Assembly: GCA_963740085.1 (NCBI GenBank)
Contig: CAVUCU010000001.1
Coordinates: 1,280,001-1,344,000 of the forward strand
DNA length: 64,000 nt
Origin: Nitrospirota bacterium
GTDB lineage: Bacteria; Nitrospirota; UBA9217
Direction: 5' to 3'
Part shown: positions 20,103-31,284 of the stretch, in pieces
Numbering within the stretch: the stretch's first letter is position 1
Layout: every line of letters starts with the position of its first letter
Notes under the pieces: model-generated
Database searches by the model: none
What the model saw: the letters and a program-made list of their open reading frames with translations, nothing else
What the model was told of the DNA's origin: nothing
Program-made: the position numbers and the translations under genes

Positions 20103-21209
20103 ATGAAAGCGATCGCAGTGGCCCCCGGTACCGCAGCCCTTCGTTTGGTTGACCGGCCTCAGCCGTCCGTCTCGGCGCCCGATGATATCAAACTGAAAAT
20201 ACTTCGCGTGGGCATTTGCGGCACGGACCGGGAGCAGGCAGCAGGAGGCCGTGCGCGCGCTCCCGTGGGACAAGAGGACCTCATCATTGGCCATGAGATG
20301 TTCGGCAAGGTCGCCGAGGTCGGGAAAAGTGTTTCTCGTGTCAAGACCGGCGATTATGCGGTCTTCACGGTGCGTCGGGGCTGTGGAAAATGCCTGCCCT
20401 GCGCCATGAACCGCTCGGACATGTGCAGGACGGGCGAGTATGTTGAGCGGGGCATCTGGGGAGCTGACGGCTATCAGACGGAATACGTCGTGGACAAGGA
20501 GCAATATGTCGTCCGCATTCCCCCGGAACTGGAACAGGTCGGTGTCCTGACCGAACCGCTATCCGTGGCCGAAAAGGCGATCGACGAATCCGTTCGTCTG
20601 CAGTTCGCCCGGTTGCCTGATGCGCTTGCCACACCGGATTGGTTGCAGGGACGGCATTGCCTCGTGGCCGGATTGGGCCCGATCGGGCTTTTGGCTGCGC
20701 TGGCTTTGCAACTGCGCGGTGCGGAGGTGTTCGGCCTGGACATCGTGGACGCCGCCTCTGCCCGCGCGCAGTGGCTAAAAGGTATTGGCGGACATTATGT
20801 GGACGCCAGACAGGTGCCCGCGAAGTCGGTGAACGAGGTGTTGGGACCGATGGAACTGATCGTTGAAGCCACGGGGATCGCCGTGCTGGAGTTCAATCTT
20901 CTGGACGCCCTTGCCCTGAACGGGGTTTATGTGTTGACCGGCATTCCGGGAGGCCACCGGCCGATCGAGATCGCGGGTTCCGAGATCATCAGCAGACTGG
21001 TGCTCGGCAATCGGGTAATGATCGGGAGTGTCAATGCCGGCCGTGACCACTACCAGATGGCCGTTGACGACCTTATGACTGCCCGCCTGCAATGGGGTGG
21101 TCATCTGGACCGTCTGATCACGAACCGCTATTCCCACACCGAGTTCGCTGCGGCCTTTGAACACCATGATGAGAGCGAAATCAAGACAGTGCTGGAATGG
21201 GAAACGTAA
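20103..21209 (+). CDS. Zn-dependent (MDR family) glucose 1-dehydrogenase
   Basis: GICGTDRE, IGHE, TVRRGCGKCLPC...DMC, ERGI, EPLSVAEKA, GLGPIG, GSVNA. Confidence 0.85.
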   Translation: MKAIAVAPGTAALRLVDRPQPSVSAPDDIKLKILRVGICGTDREQAAGGRARAPVGQEDLIIGHEMFGKVAEVGKSVSRVKTGDYAVFTVRRGCGKCLPCAMNRSDMCRTGEYVERGIWGADGYQTEYVVDKEQYVVRIPPELEQVGVLTEPLSVAEKAIDESVRLQFARLPDALATPDWLQGRHCLVAGLGPIGLLAALALQLRGAEVFGLDIVDAASARAQWLKGIGGHYVDARQVPAKSVNEVLGPMELIVEATGIAVLEFNLLDALALNGVYVLTGIPGGHRPIEIAGSEIISRLVLGNRVMIGSVNAGRDHYQMAVDDLMTARLQWGGHLDRLITNRYSHTEFAAAFEHHDESEIKTVLEWET

Positions 21210-21273
21210 CCGTGATGGTCATGCTCAGCCTCAGTGTTAGTTCCCGTTTCATATTTCCCGGAGAACATAAAAG

Positions 21274-22662
21274 ATGCCGCGCGCACCCGCCGCTGATCAC
21301 AAAGCAGGAACGAACAGGTTCGTCTATATCGCCGCCGCGATCTCGGCACTCGGCGGCATGCTCTTCGGCTACGACACCGGCGTGATATCGGGCGCCATCC
21401 TCTTCATCCAGCAGGACTTCGCGCTCTCACCGACGCTTGAAGAGGTCATAGTCAGCACCGTCGTGTTCGGGGCAATGCTCGGCGCTGCTGCGGGCGGCAC
21501 CTTGACGGACCGCTTCGGACGGCGCATCGTACTCATCGTGACCGCAGCACTCTTTGCCCTGGGCGCCGTGGGTACTGCCCTGGCTCCCACGATCGCCTGG
21601 CTGATCGTTGGTCGGGTTATCGTCGGCATCGCCATCGGTGTGGCTTCCTTCACGACGCCGCTCTACATTTCCGAGATCTCTCCCGTCTCGCTGCGCGGTC
21701 GGTTCGTCTCGTTCAACCAGATTGCGCTGACAAGCGGCATCGTTATCGCATACCTCGTGGATTATGCGTTGTCCGGCACGCGGGGATGGCGCTGGATGTT
21801 CGGTCTGGCCGCGGTCCCGTCAGCCCTGCTGGGAATAGGAATGGTGTTCATGCCTGAAAGTCCGCGCTGGCTCGTGAGCCACGGACTGCTGGACAAGGGA
21901 CGTTCCGTGCTTCAGCGCATCCGCGGAACAGCCTCTGTTGATGATGAAGTTAAAGACATCCGCCAAAGCTCCGCAGAGCAGAGCGGCAGCTGGGCCGAGC
22001 TGACAAGCCACTCGCTCAGACCGGCGATGATTGTCGGCATCGGCCTGGCCCTGTTCCAGCAGGTGACGGGCATCAACACGGTCATCTATTACGCGCCGAC
22101 CATCTTTCAATCCGCAGGGTTCACGTCCACATCAGTCGCTATTCTTGCCACAACAGGCGTCGGCGTCGTCAATGTGTTGATGACCGTGGTTGCGCTGCTG
22201 CTTTTGGACCGCGTCGGACGGCGGCCGCTTTTGCTGACCGGCATGGCCGGCATGGTCATCAGCCTGGCAATGCTCGGCACTGCCTTCCTGTTTCCTCACC
22301 TGCGGGTCCTCAAGTGGTTTTCCGCGGGAAGCCTGATGCTCTACGTGGGTTCTTTCGCCGTGGGTCTCGGACCGGTTTTCTGGCTGCTGATCTCGGAAAT
22401 ATATCCAGTAAAGATCCGCGGCCTGGCCATGAGCATCGCCACGGTTGCCAACTGGGGGGCTAACCTGCTCGTTGCGCTGACCTTTCTCACTCTTATTCAG
22501 TTTTTGGGGCGGCCGGGAACGTTCTGGTTATACGCCCTGGTGGGCATCGGGGCCTGGATATTCGCCTTTGTCCTGGTGCCGGAAACGAAAGGACGGACCC
22601 TGGAAGAGATCGAGGCGCATTGGCGTGGTGGCAAACATCCCAGGGAAATGGGGAAGAGATAA
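21274..22662 (+). CDS. MFS sugar porter (GalP/XylE-like)
   Basis: LFGYDTGVISGA, DRFGRR, PESPRWL, QQVTGIN, PETKGRTLEEI. Confidence 0.95.
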   Translation: MPRAPAADHKAGTNRFVYIAAAISALGGMLFGYDTGVISGAILFIQQDFALSPTLEEVIVSTVVFGAMLGAAAGGTLTDRFGRRIVLIVTAALFALGAVGTALAPTIAWLIVGRVIVGIAIGVASFTTPLYISEISPVSLRGRFVSFNQIALTSGIVIAYLVDYALSGTRGWRWMFGLAAVPSALLGIGMVFMPESPRWLVSHGLLDKGRSVLQRIRGTASVDDEVKDIRQSSAEQSGSWAELTSHSLRPAMIVGIGLALFQQVTGINTVIYYAPTIFQSAGFTSTSVAILATTGVGVVNVLMTVVALLLLDRVGRRPLLLTGMAGMVISLAMLGTAFLFPHLRVLKWFSAGSLMLYVGSFAVGLGPVFWLLISEIYPVKIRGLAMSIATVANWGANLLVALTFLTLIQFLGRPGTFWLYALVGIGAWIFAFVLVPETKGRTLEEIEAHWRGGKHPREMGKR

Positions 22663-22826
22663 TCTTTGGCCGCGGGACGCGGGTGCGCGACGCACCGTGC
22701 TCTCTCTATGACCAGAGCAATTGAGGGTTGTCAGGAGATCCTTGAGATGGCCATTCTGAAGAACGTGAAAAGGCTTCTCAAGCGAATCCTTTCGTCAAAG
22801 AACAACAGCGATGGTGGAGGTTGAAA

Positions 22827-24233
22827 ATGGCAGCTCTCAATTCGGATGCGTTTGTTTTTTTCGGCGCGACCGGTGATCTGGCACATAAGCAGATATTCCC
22901 TGCGCTTCATGCGATGATCCGGCAAGGACATCTTGACGTTCCTATTATCGGTGTGGCAAAGTCGGGATGGGACTTCGAAAGATTCAAGGAACACGCCAGG
23001 GACGGCATCGAGAAGCACGGCGGGGTGAATGCAGAGGCCTTTAAAAAACTCTGCTCCCTGTTGCACTATATTGACGGCGACTATCATGACGACGCGACCT
23101 ATGAGTTGTTGCACAAGGCTCTCAGAGATGCCGGACGGCCACTGCACTACCTGGCGATCCCGCCGAGCATGTTCACCGCCGTGGTCGAAGGACTCGCCAA
23201 ATCGGGCTGCGCTCAAAATGCCCGCGTCGTTGTCGAGAAGCCGTTCGGGCGCGACCTCGCTTCGGCACAGGCGCTCAATCAAACCCTTCAGCGGATCTTC
23301 CCCGAATCGGCGATCTTTCGGATAGACCACTTCCTCGGCAAGGAACCGATACAGAACCTGCTCTATTTCCGTTTTGCCAACTCGTTTCTGGAACCGATCT
23401 GGAATCGAAACTATGTGGAGAGCGTGCAGATAACCATGAGCGAAAGTTTCGGTGTGGAAGGCCGCGGTCGTCTTTATGAGGAACTGGGCGCCATTCGTGA
23501 TGTGGTGCAGAACCACATGCTGCAGATCATGGTCCTGCTCTCCATGGACGCGCCGAACAGCAGCGATCCGGAAGCAACACGCGACGAAAAGATGCAGGTC
23601 CTCAGGGCGATACGGCAACTCACCCCTGAGGACGTCGTTCGGGGCCGATACCGCGGCTACCGGGACGAGAAGGACGTGGCGCCCGATTCCCCGGTTGAGA
23701 CGTACGCAGCGGTACGGCTTCATATCGATAGCTGGCGCTGGGCGGACGTACCATTTTATATCCGGGTTGGGAAGCGGCTGCCGTTCACGGCCAACGAGGT
23801 GCTGGTCCGACTTAAACGTCCGCCGCATGCGGTCTTTGATGAGATCAGGGAGGGCCAGTCGAACTTCTTACGTTTCCGCCTCAGTCCCGACGTTTTTATC
23901 CTGCTTGGGGCGCGGACCAAGGTTCCGGGAGAATCCATGGTCGGCGAAAAGGTAGAGTTGTTGGCGTGTCAACACTTCGTCAAGGAAATGTCGCCCTATG
24001 AGCGTCTGCTCGGCGATGCCATGCGGGGCGACGAATCCCTTTTCGCCCGCAAAGATGCTGTCGAAGCCGCCTGGCGCGTTGTCGATCCGATCCTTGAAAA
24101 CGTGACGCCGGTCCATGAGTACGAACCGAACACCTGGGGACCGGCTGAAGCGGAACAGCTCGTTGCGAACAACGGTGGTTGGCACGATCCGACACAGGCG
24201 AATGCGGTCGGCTTCTGTCGTGGTCTCCGATGA
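22827..24233 (+). CDS. zwf: Glucose-6-phosphate 1-dehydrogenase (copy 1)
   Basis: [27 protein letters not shown]. Confidence 0.95.
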   Translation: MAALNSDAFVFFGATGDLAHKQIFPALHAMIRQGHLDVPIIGVAKSGWDFERFKEHARDGIEKHGGVNAEAFKKLCSLLHYIDGDYHDDATYELLHKALRDAGRPLHYLAIPPSMFTAVVEGLAKSGCAQNARVVVEKPFGRDLASAQALNQTLQRIFPESAIFRIDHFLGKEPIQNLLYFRFANSFLEPIWNRNYVESVQITMSESFGVEGRGRLYEELGAIRDVVQNHMLQIMVLLSMDAPNSSDPEATRDEKMQVLRAIRQLTPEDVVRGRYRGYRDEKDVAPDSPVETYAAVRLHIDSWRWADVPFYIRVGKRLPFTANEVLVRLKRPPHAVFDEIREGQSNFLRFRLSPDVFILLGARTKVPGESMVGEKVELLACQHFVKEMSPYERLLGDAMRGDESLFARKDAVEAAWRVVDPILENVTPVHEYEPNTWGPAEAEQLVANNGGWHDPTQANAVGFCRGLR

Positions 24234-24313
24234 TCTCGTCGTTCGGCTTGTTTGCCACGAATGGATTGCATTGTTCAGGCTTCGCCTGACAGCATATTCA
24301 CAAGAGTAAATTC

Positions 24314-24997
24314 ATGACATTGCAAAACGAAGTTGTGTTCCTGTTCGACGTTGACAATACGCTGCTTGACAATGATCGAGTGGTAAGCGACCTCCGACGC
24401 CATATTGACGACGAGTTCGGGGCTGAGACCAGTGCCCGCTATTTTTCCATCTTGGAAGAGCTGAATTCAGAACTCGGCTACGCCGATTACCTGGGTGCTT
24501 TGCAGCGCTACCGCCTCGAAGACGTATGCGATCCGCGGCTGCTGACGATGTCTTCGTTTCTCGTCGACTATCCGTTTGCCGACCGGTTGTATCCGGGCTC
24601 GCTCGATGCCCTTGAGCACGTTCGCGCCTGGGGGCCAACGGTCATCCTGTCCGATGGCGACGTTGTCTTCCAGCCGCGCAAAATTCAACGATCGGGACTG
24701 TGGGGAGCGGTCAACGGCCGTGTTCTCATCTACGTCCACAAAGAACGCATGCTGGCCGACATAGAGAAGCGCTATCCGGCGCGACATTATGTCATGGTAG
24801 ATGACAAGCTGCGAATTCTCGCAGCCATGAAGAGGAGCTGGGGCGGCCGGTTGACGACGGTCTTTCCCCGCCAGGGCCACTACGCGCTCGACCAGAGAAA
24901 TCTCGACACCTATCCGGCGGCGCAAATGAACATTGAACGGATCGGCGATCTCATCCAGTACGATCGGGCCGCGTTTCTGGGCAGCGGGAGATCGTGA
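24314..24997 (+). CDS. HAD-superfamily hydrolase
   Basis: LFDVDNTL motif I, LSDGD, MVDDK. Confidence 0.85.
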   Translation: MTLQNEVVFLFDVDNTLLDNDRVVSDLRRHIDDEFGAETSARYFSILEELNSELGYADYLGALQRYRLEDVCDPRLLTMSSFLVDYPFADRLYPGSLDALEHVRAWGPTVILSDGDVVFQPRKIQRSGLWGAVNGRVLIYVHKERMLADIEKRYPARHYVMVDDKLRILAAMKRSWGGRLTTVFPRQGHYALDQRNLDTYPAAQMNIERIGDLIQYDRAAFLGSGRS

Positions 24998-25024
24998 TCT
25001 GAATTCGACAAAGGAGGAATTGTC

Positions 25025-26047
25025 ATGAAGAACGAGAACGAACTGCAGTCGACCATCGATCAGATGGTCCAGCGAGGCAAGGGCATCCTTGCCGCTGACG
25101 AGAGCCATCCGACCATCGCCAAACGGTTCAAGGCAATCGGCGTAGAATCGACCGAGGCCAACCGGCGGTCCTATCGCACGCTCCTGTTCACGACGCCAGG
25201 CGCCGCGGAATTTATCAGCGGAGTCATTCTCTTCGAAGAGACCTTGGGCCAGGCCGCGGATGACAAGACGCTGCTGCCCGAGGTGCTGTCCCGCCAGGGC
25301 ATCGTGCCTGGCATCAAGGTGGACAAGGGGAAGGTCCCCCTGGCCAACGCGCCCGGAGATGAGGTCACCCAGGGCCTGGACGGTCTTGCTGAACGCCTCA
25401 GAACATACAAATCACAGGGCGCGCGCTTTGCAAAGTGGCGCGAGGTGTATTCCATCGGCCCGCAGAATCCCACCCGCCTCGGCATCAAGGCGAACGCCGA
25501 AATGCTGGCGCGTTACGCGGCCGTCTGCCAGGAGGAGGGTGTCGTTCCCATTGTCGAGCCGGAGGTGCTGATCGACGGCGACCACACCCTGGAGCGATGC
25601 TTCGAGGTCACCGAGGCGGTGCTGCACGCGGTGTTCCATGCACTGCACCGGCACCGGGTGGTCCTGGAATATACGGTCCTCAAACCGAGCATGGTATTGC
25701 CCGGCAAGGGGCATCCTCCCAAGGCAGGACCCGAGCAGGTGGCCGCGGCGACGGTCAAGGTGCTCCGCCGCACGGTCCCCGCCGCGGTGCCGAGCATCAA
25801 TTTCCTGTCCGGCGGCCAGGGGCCGGCGGAAGCAACAGCCAACCTGAACGCCATGAACGCCCTGTTCCCGGCTTCTCCCTGGGAGCTTTCGTTCTCCTAC
25901 GGGCGGGCCCTGCAGGAGACCGCGCTGCAAGCGTGGGCCGGAAAAGTGGAGAACGCGGCTGCCGCTCAGCAGGCCTTTTATCAGCGCGCCAGGCTGAACG
26001 GCCTGGCACGGCTCGGCAAATACTCCCCGGATATGGAGCAGACATGA
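25025..26047 (+). CDS. Class I fructose-bisphosphate aldolase
   Basis: KGILAADES, PGIKVDKG, FAKWR, PIVEPEV, LKPSMV Schiff-base lysine, FSYGRALQ. Confidence 0.93.
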   Translation: MKNENELQSTIDQMVQRGKGILAADESHPTIAKRFKAIGVESTEANRRSYRTLLFTTPGAAEFISGVILFEETLGQAADDKTLLPEVLSRQGIVPGIKVDKGKVPLANAPGDEVTQGLDGLAERLRTYKSQGARFAKWREVYSIGPQNPTRLGIKANAEMLARYAAVCQEEGVVPIVEPEVLIDGDHTLERCFEVTEAVLHAVFHALHRHRVVLEYTVLKPSMVLPGKGHPPKAGPEQVAAATVKVLRRTVPAAVPSINFLSGGQGPAEATANLNAMNALFPASPWELSFSYGRALQETALQAWAGKVENAAAAQQAFYQRARLNGLARLGKYSPDMEQT

Positions 26048-26176
26048 CAGGCCCTGATGCGCCATAAACAGAGGCGCCGCAGCTTGAAGACGGCGGCGTC
26101 AAGAAATTCGAATTGCCATTCGACAGGCTGATGGATACTTAACAAGAAAGTCATCAGGATAATTAAAGAGAGAACG

Positions 26177-27872
26177 ATGGAAGTAAGCCCTTATGCAGGA
26201 AAACTTGCCGAACCAGTGATGCTGGTCAACGTGCCCAAGCTTGTCACGGCCTACTATACGAATGTGCCCGATCCTGAGGTCGCTGAACAACGGGTTGCGT
26301 TCGGCACCTCAGGACACCGCGGTTCTTCGCTCGAAAAGGCCTTCAACGAGTGGCATATCCTTGCCATTACGCAGGCCATTTGTCTGCACCGCAAGATGCA
26401 GAAGATAGAGGGTCCCCTCTTTCTCGGAATAGACACCCACGCGCTCTCGGTCCCTGCCTTTGCCAGTGCACTGGAGGTCCTGGCGGCCAACAAGATGGAT
26501 GTCATGATCGCGGAAAGGGATGAATATACACCGACCCCCGTGGTCTCTCACGCGATTCTCACTTACAACCGCGGCCGCAGGACGGGACTTGCCGACGGCA
26601 TCGTGATCACCCCCTCGCACAACCCGCCTGACAGCGGCGGCTTCAAATACAACCCTCCGAACGGCGGGCCGGCTGACCCTCAGGTGACGAGCTGGATCGA
26701 GGCGAAGGCGAATGAGTTGATCAAAGACGGCCTCAGAGAGGTGAAAAGGATTCCCTTCGAGAAAGCGCTTCGCGCAGACACGACGCACCGGCATGACTAC
26801 CTCGATGCGTATGTAAACGATCTGGGCAACGTGATCGACATGGAGGCCATTCGCGGCTCGAAGATCAGCCTTGGCGTGGACCCGCTCGGCGGGGCCGGAG
26901 TACACTACTGGGGGCCCATTATCGAGCGGTACGGCTTGAATCTCACGGTCGTGAATGACGCCGTTGATCCGACATTTCGTTTCATGACACTTGATTGGGA
27001 CGGCAAGATCCGAATGGACCCCTCTTCACCCTATGCGATGCAGAAACTGATCGGTCTGAAGGACCGTTTCGATATCGCCTTCGCCTGCGACACCGATGCT
27101 GACCGGCACGGGATCGTCACCGAGAAGCACAGGCCTGCTTCCGCCCAATCACTATCTTTCTGTCGCCATCTTTTACCTGTTCCAGCACCGGCCGAAATGG
27201 CCCAGGGAGGCGGCAGTGGGAAAGACCGTGGTGAGCAGCCGGATGATCGATCTCGTTGCTGCGAAGCTTGGCCGGAAACTCTACGAAGTGCCTGTCGGTT
27301 TCAAGTGGTTTGTCGACGGCCTGCTCAACGGATCTCTCGGGTTTGTCGGCGAGGAGAGCGCGGGCGCATCTTTTCTCCGTCTCGACGGCACGGTATGGAC
27401 GACGGACAAAGATGGAATCGTCCCTGCCCTGCTTTCTGCCGAGATCACGGCACGGATGGGCCGTGACCCCGGCGAGATCTACCGTGAGCTTACGCGCGAT
27501 TTCGGCGAGCCGGTCTACGACCGGGTCGAGGCGCCTGCAACCCCGGAGCAGAAAGAGGCGCTGAAAAGACTTTCTCCAAACCGGATTAAATCCACCGATC
27601 TTGCCGGGGAGAAGATCCAGACCATCCTTGCCCAGGCACCGGGCAATAACGAGCCCATTGGTGGTCTAAAGGTCATTGCACAGAACGGATGGTTCGCGGC
27701 TCGGCCGTCAGGGACCGAAGATATCTACAAGATCTACGCGGAGAGCTTCCGTGGAAAGGAGCACCTGCGCCGCATCCTGGTGGAAGCGCAGACGATCGTC
27801 AACGAGGCACTGACATCGGCGCCACAGCGGTCTGGATTTGCAAACAAATTAAATTCGGAGGGAAAATCATGA
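26177..27872 (+). CDS. pgm: Phosphoglucomutase (alpha-D-glucose-1,6-bisphosphate dependent); frameshift near 27122
   Basis: [21 protein letters not shown], then VGFKWF, GEESAG, RPSGTE in the next frame. Confidence 0.92.
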
Positions 27873-28384
27873 GCGAGCAAAAAGGAACAGATACAAATTT
27901 AGAATCCTTGATGGAGAAGCTGGCAAGCAATGACGGCGTGATCCGGCAGAAAGCACGGGAAGCGTTGGTGGATCTGGGCAAACCCGCCGTATCTTCCCTC
28001 ATCCAGGCTTTACAGAATCCCAAGCTGGATCAAGTTCGATGGGAAGCGGCCAAAGCGCTCGGTAGTATCAACGATACCAGATCAATACCACCATTGGTGA
28101 AAGCGCTCGAAGACAACAACTCCGACGTGGCATGGACGGCTGCAGACGCATTGAAAGCGTTCAGAAAAGCCGCTTGGCCGCCATTATTACAGGCGTTGAT
28201 CAAAAGCAAGTCGGAATCCGTGTCGTTGCGCAAGGGGGCGCACCATGTTTTGGTGGACCAGAAAGAGGATGGATTCAACGAATTGCTCGCGACGCTCCTC
28301 AAGGCCCTGGAGTCCAGCAGTGCTCCGGAATCGTCAGCAGTAGCGGCCCATGACATCCTTAAAAAAATGAACGTTAAAGTATGA
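27869..28384 (+). CDS. HEAT/PBS-lyase repeat protein
   Basis: GGAGG RBS, ATGA overlap with the pgm stop; repeats [27 protein letters not shown]. Confidence 0.8.
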   Translation: MSEQKGTDTNLESLMEKLASNDGVIRQKAREALVDLGKPAVSSLIQALQNPKLDQVRWEAAKALGSINDTRSIPPLVKALEDNNSDVAWTAADALKAFRKAAWPPLLQALIKSKSESVSLRKGAHHVLVDQKEDGFNELLATLLKALESSSAPESSAVAAHDILKKMNVKV

Positions 28385-28623
28385 GCACGTATTCATGCAC
28401 AAGCAACAGCCGCGGATTCCGGTCGGGCCAAAACTGAAGGTTGTCGAGGAAAGAGAGACGATGCAATTGTTATGTCCCGCTGGAAACGACATCGCGCGAG
28501 TCTGAGGGTATGACATGTGCTTCAACACGGATCTCGTGCTACACTTTAATAAAAAGAGAAGTCATTTGTTAACAAGGTGCTCACAAAAGCGAACGCAGGC
28601 AGAGGGGCTTGGAAGGAAAAGCT

Positions 28624-31169
28624 ATGGGCAAGAAAATACCGGTCAGCAAACCGATCTACAGTCCTTTACCCGCGGACGTCGAGGGGTTCGATTCCCTGGC
28701 CGAGCTTGCCCTGGACCTGCGTTCATCGTGGAATCATGCCACCGACCAGGTGTGGCGGCAGCTGGATCCCGTACTGTGGGAGCTCACGCATAACCCCTGG
28801 GTCGTCCTGCAGACGGTCTCGCGCGACCGGATCGAGCGCGTGCTGGCCGATGCCGTTTTTCGCAAGAACGTCGATGGCCTGGTGCGGACCAGGCGGCAAG
28901 CAGTGGCGGCGCCCGCGTGGTTTCAGCGAGTGCATTCAAAATCTCCCCTCACCTGCGTTGCGTATTTCAGCATGGAGTTCATGTTGAGCGAGGCTCTGCC
29001 CATCTACTCCGGCGGGCTCGGCAATGTGGCCGGCGATCAGCTCAAGGCCGCCGGCGATCTGGGCGTGCCCGTGATCGGCGTGGGGCTGCTGTACCAGCAG
29101 GGCTATTTCCGACAGGTGCTCGACAAGGACGGCGCGCAACAGGCACTCTACCCGTACAATGACCCCGGGCAGTTGCCGATCACGCCATTGCGCCAGGCGA
29201 ACGGTGAGTGGCTGCGGCTGAAGCTCGACCTGCCCGGTTACCCGGTCTGGCTGCGTGTCTGGCAGGTCCAGGTCGGCAGGGTGAGGCTTTACCTGCTGGA
29301 CAGCAATGACGCGGCGAATTTTCCCGCGCATCGGGGGATCACCAGTGAATTGTACGGCGGCGGGCCGGAACTGCGGCTGAAACAGGAGATCATGCTGGGG
29401 ATCGGCGGGTGGCGATTGCTCCGCGCGCTCGGCCTCCAGCCGGAAGTCTGCCACCTGAATGAAGGGCATGCGGCCTTTGCCGTCCTGGAGCGCGCCCGCA
29501 GTTTCATGCGGGAGACCGCGCAGCCCTTCGAAGTCGCGCTGGCCGTCACGCGCGCGGGGAACCTTTTCACCACCCACACGGCGGTGGCTGCCGGCTTTGA
29601 CCGCTTTGCCCCGGCCCTCATCGAGCAATACCTCGGTGGTTATGCCGAGCAGAAGCTCGGCATCACGCTCCGCGATCTGCTGGGCCTCGGCCGCCGGAAC
29701 CCGGATGATCCGTCGGAAAGCTTCAACATGGCCTATCTGGCGATCCGCGGCAGCGGGGCGATCAACGGCGTGAGCCGTTTGCATGGAAAGGTGAGCCGGC
29801 ACCTCTTTGAGCCCCTTTTTCCGCACTGGCCGCATGACGAAGTGCCGGTCGGACACGTGACGAACGGAGTTCACATGCCGACCTGGGACTCGGCGCCGGC
29901 CGACGATCTTTGGACGGAGGCCTGCGGAAAGGAACGCTGGACGGGGACAACGGAAACCCTGGAGAAGGACATTCGCCGCGTCTCCGACGCCAGTCTCTGG
30001 AAATTCCGCATTGCCGCCTCCGCGTCTCTTGTTGAATACGCCCGCGAGCGATTGTCCCGGCAACTGGCCGCCTCAGGCGCGACGCCCGAGGCGGTTGAAG
30101 GGGCGAAACATCTCTTTGATCCGAACGCGCTGACGCTGGGCTTTGCGCGCCGCTTCGCAACCTACAAGAGACCGAACCTGCTCTTGCACGACCCGGAGCG
30201 GCTGCTTCGCCTGTTAACAAATCAAAAGCGTCCGGTGCAGCTCATCCTTGCCGGCAAGGCCCATCCCGCGGACCAGTCGGGGCAGGCCCTGATCCAGCAG
30301 TGGACCCATTTCATCCGGCGGCCCGAGGCGCGCCCCCATGTGATCTTCCTCAGCGACTACGACATGCTGTTGACCGAGCACCTGGTGCAGGGGGTGGACG
30401 TCTGGGTCAACACGCCGCGCCGGCCCTGGGAGGCGAGCGGAACGAGCGGCATGAAGGTTCTCGTCAACGGAGGCATCAATCTGTCGGAGTTGGACGGCTG
30501 GTGGGCTGAAGCCTACCGGCCTGAAGTGGGGTGGGCGTTGGGAGACGGCAAGGAACATGGCGACGATCCGGCCTGGGATGCTGTAGAAGCCGGGGCGCTT
30601 TACGACCTGCTCGAACGCCAGGTGATCCCCGAGTTCTATGCTCGCGACAAGAAGGGCATCCCCACTGCCTGGGTGGCGCGGATGCGGGAAAGCATGGCGA
30701 GTCTGACCCCCCTCTTCTCGGCCAACCGCGCGGTGCGAGAATACACCGAGCAACACTACCTCCCGGCTGCTGCAACCTATCGCAAGCGAACTGCACGCAA
30801 AGGGGCCGTGGGCAGACAGGTGGTTGATTGGCGGCATTTGCTGGATCAAAAATGGACCGCACTCCGCTTCGGCGAAGTGAAGATCGAGACCAAGGGGAAG
30901 CAGCATGTATTCGAGGTTCAGGTCTATCTTAACGATCTCGACCCGAAGGCAGTGCGGGTGGAGCTTTATGCAGAAGCTGTTAACGGCGGTGAACCGGTGC
31001 GGCAGGAGATGAAGCGCCTTCGTAGGCCGGCCGGCGCAGACGGCGTACTGTTTACAGCGCGGCAGTATCTGCGGCCCGTTCGGCGACGGACTATACGGCG
31101 CGCGTAATACCGTACTTCGCCGGTTTTGCAGTTCCGCTGGAAGAGGTGCGGATCCTGTGGCAGCGATGA
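28624..31169 (+). CDS. glgP: Alpha-glucan (glycogen/starch) phosphorylase; frameshift near 31050
   Basis: YFSMEF, YSGGLG, HLNEGH, ARRFATYKR, EASGTSGMK PLP site; probable true C-terminus YTARVIP...RILWQR* in the shifted frame. Confidence 0.93.
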
Positions 31170-31203
31170 TCTTAGGGGAGCCAGGGCCACGAACAATACG
31201 AAA

Positions 31204-31284
31204 CAGCGCGATTCTTTCGGAGCCCACACCGATGAGCGGATAGATGCCAGGGGCGCATTTCACGCGGGAAGGGAGAAGATATGA
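31204..31284 (+). pseudogene. gnd: 3' remnant of 6-phosphogluconate dehydrogenase
   Basis: QRDSFGAHTDERIDARGAFHAGREKI* versus QRDYFGAHTYERTDAKGTFHTEWEKK* at the end of the intact gnd. Confidence 0.8.

Noticed and set aside
22708-22824. Small intergenic ORFs (also about 28394-28506 and 60071-60181)
   Set aside because: No clear RBS or recognisable homology; cannot be told from chance
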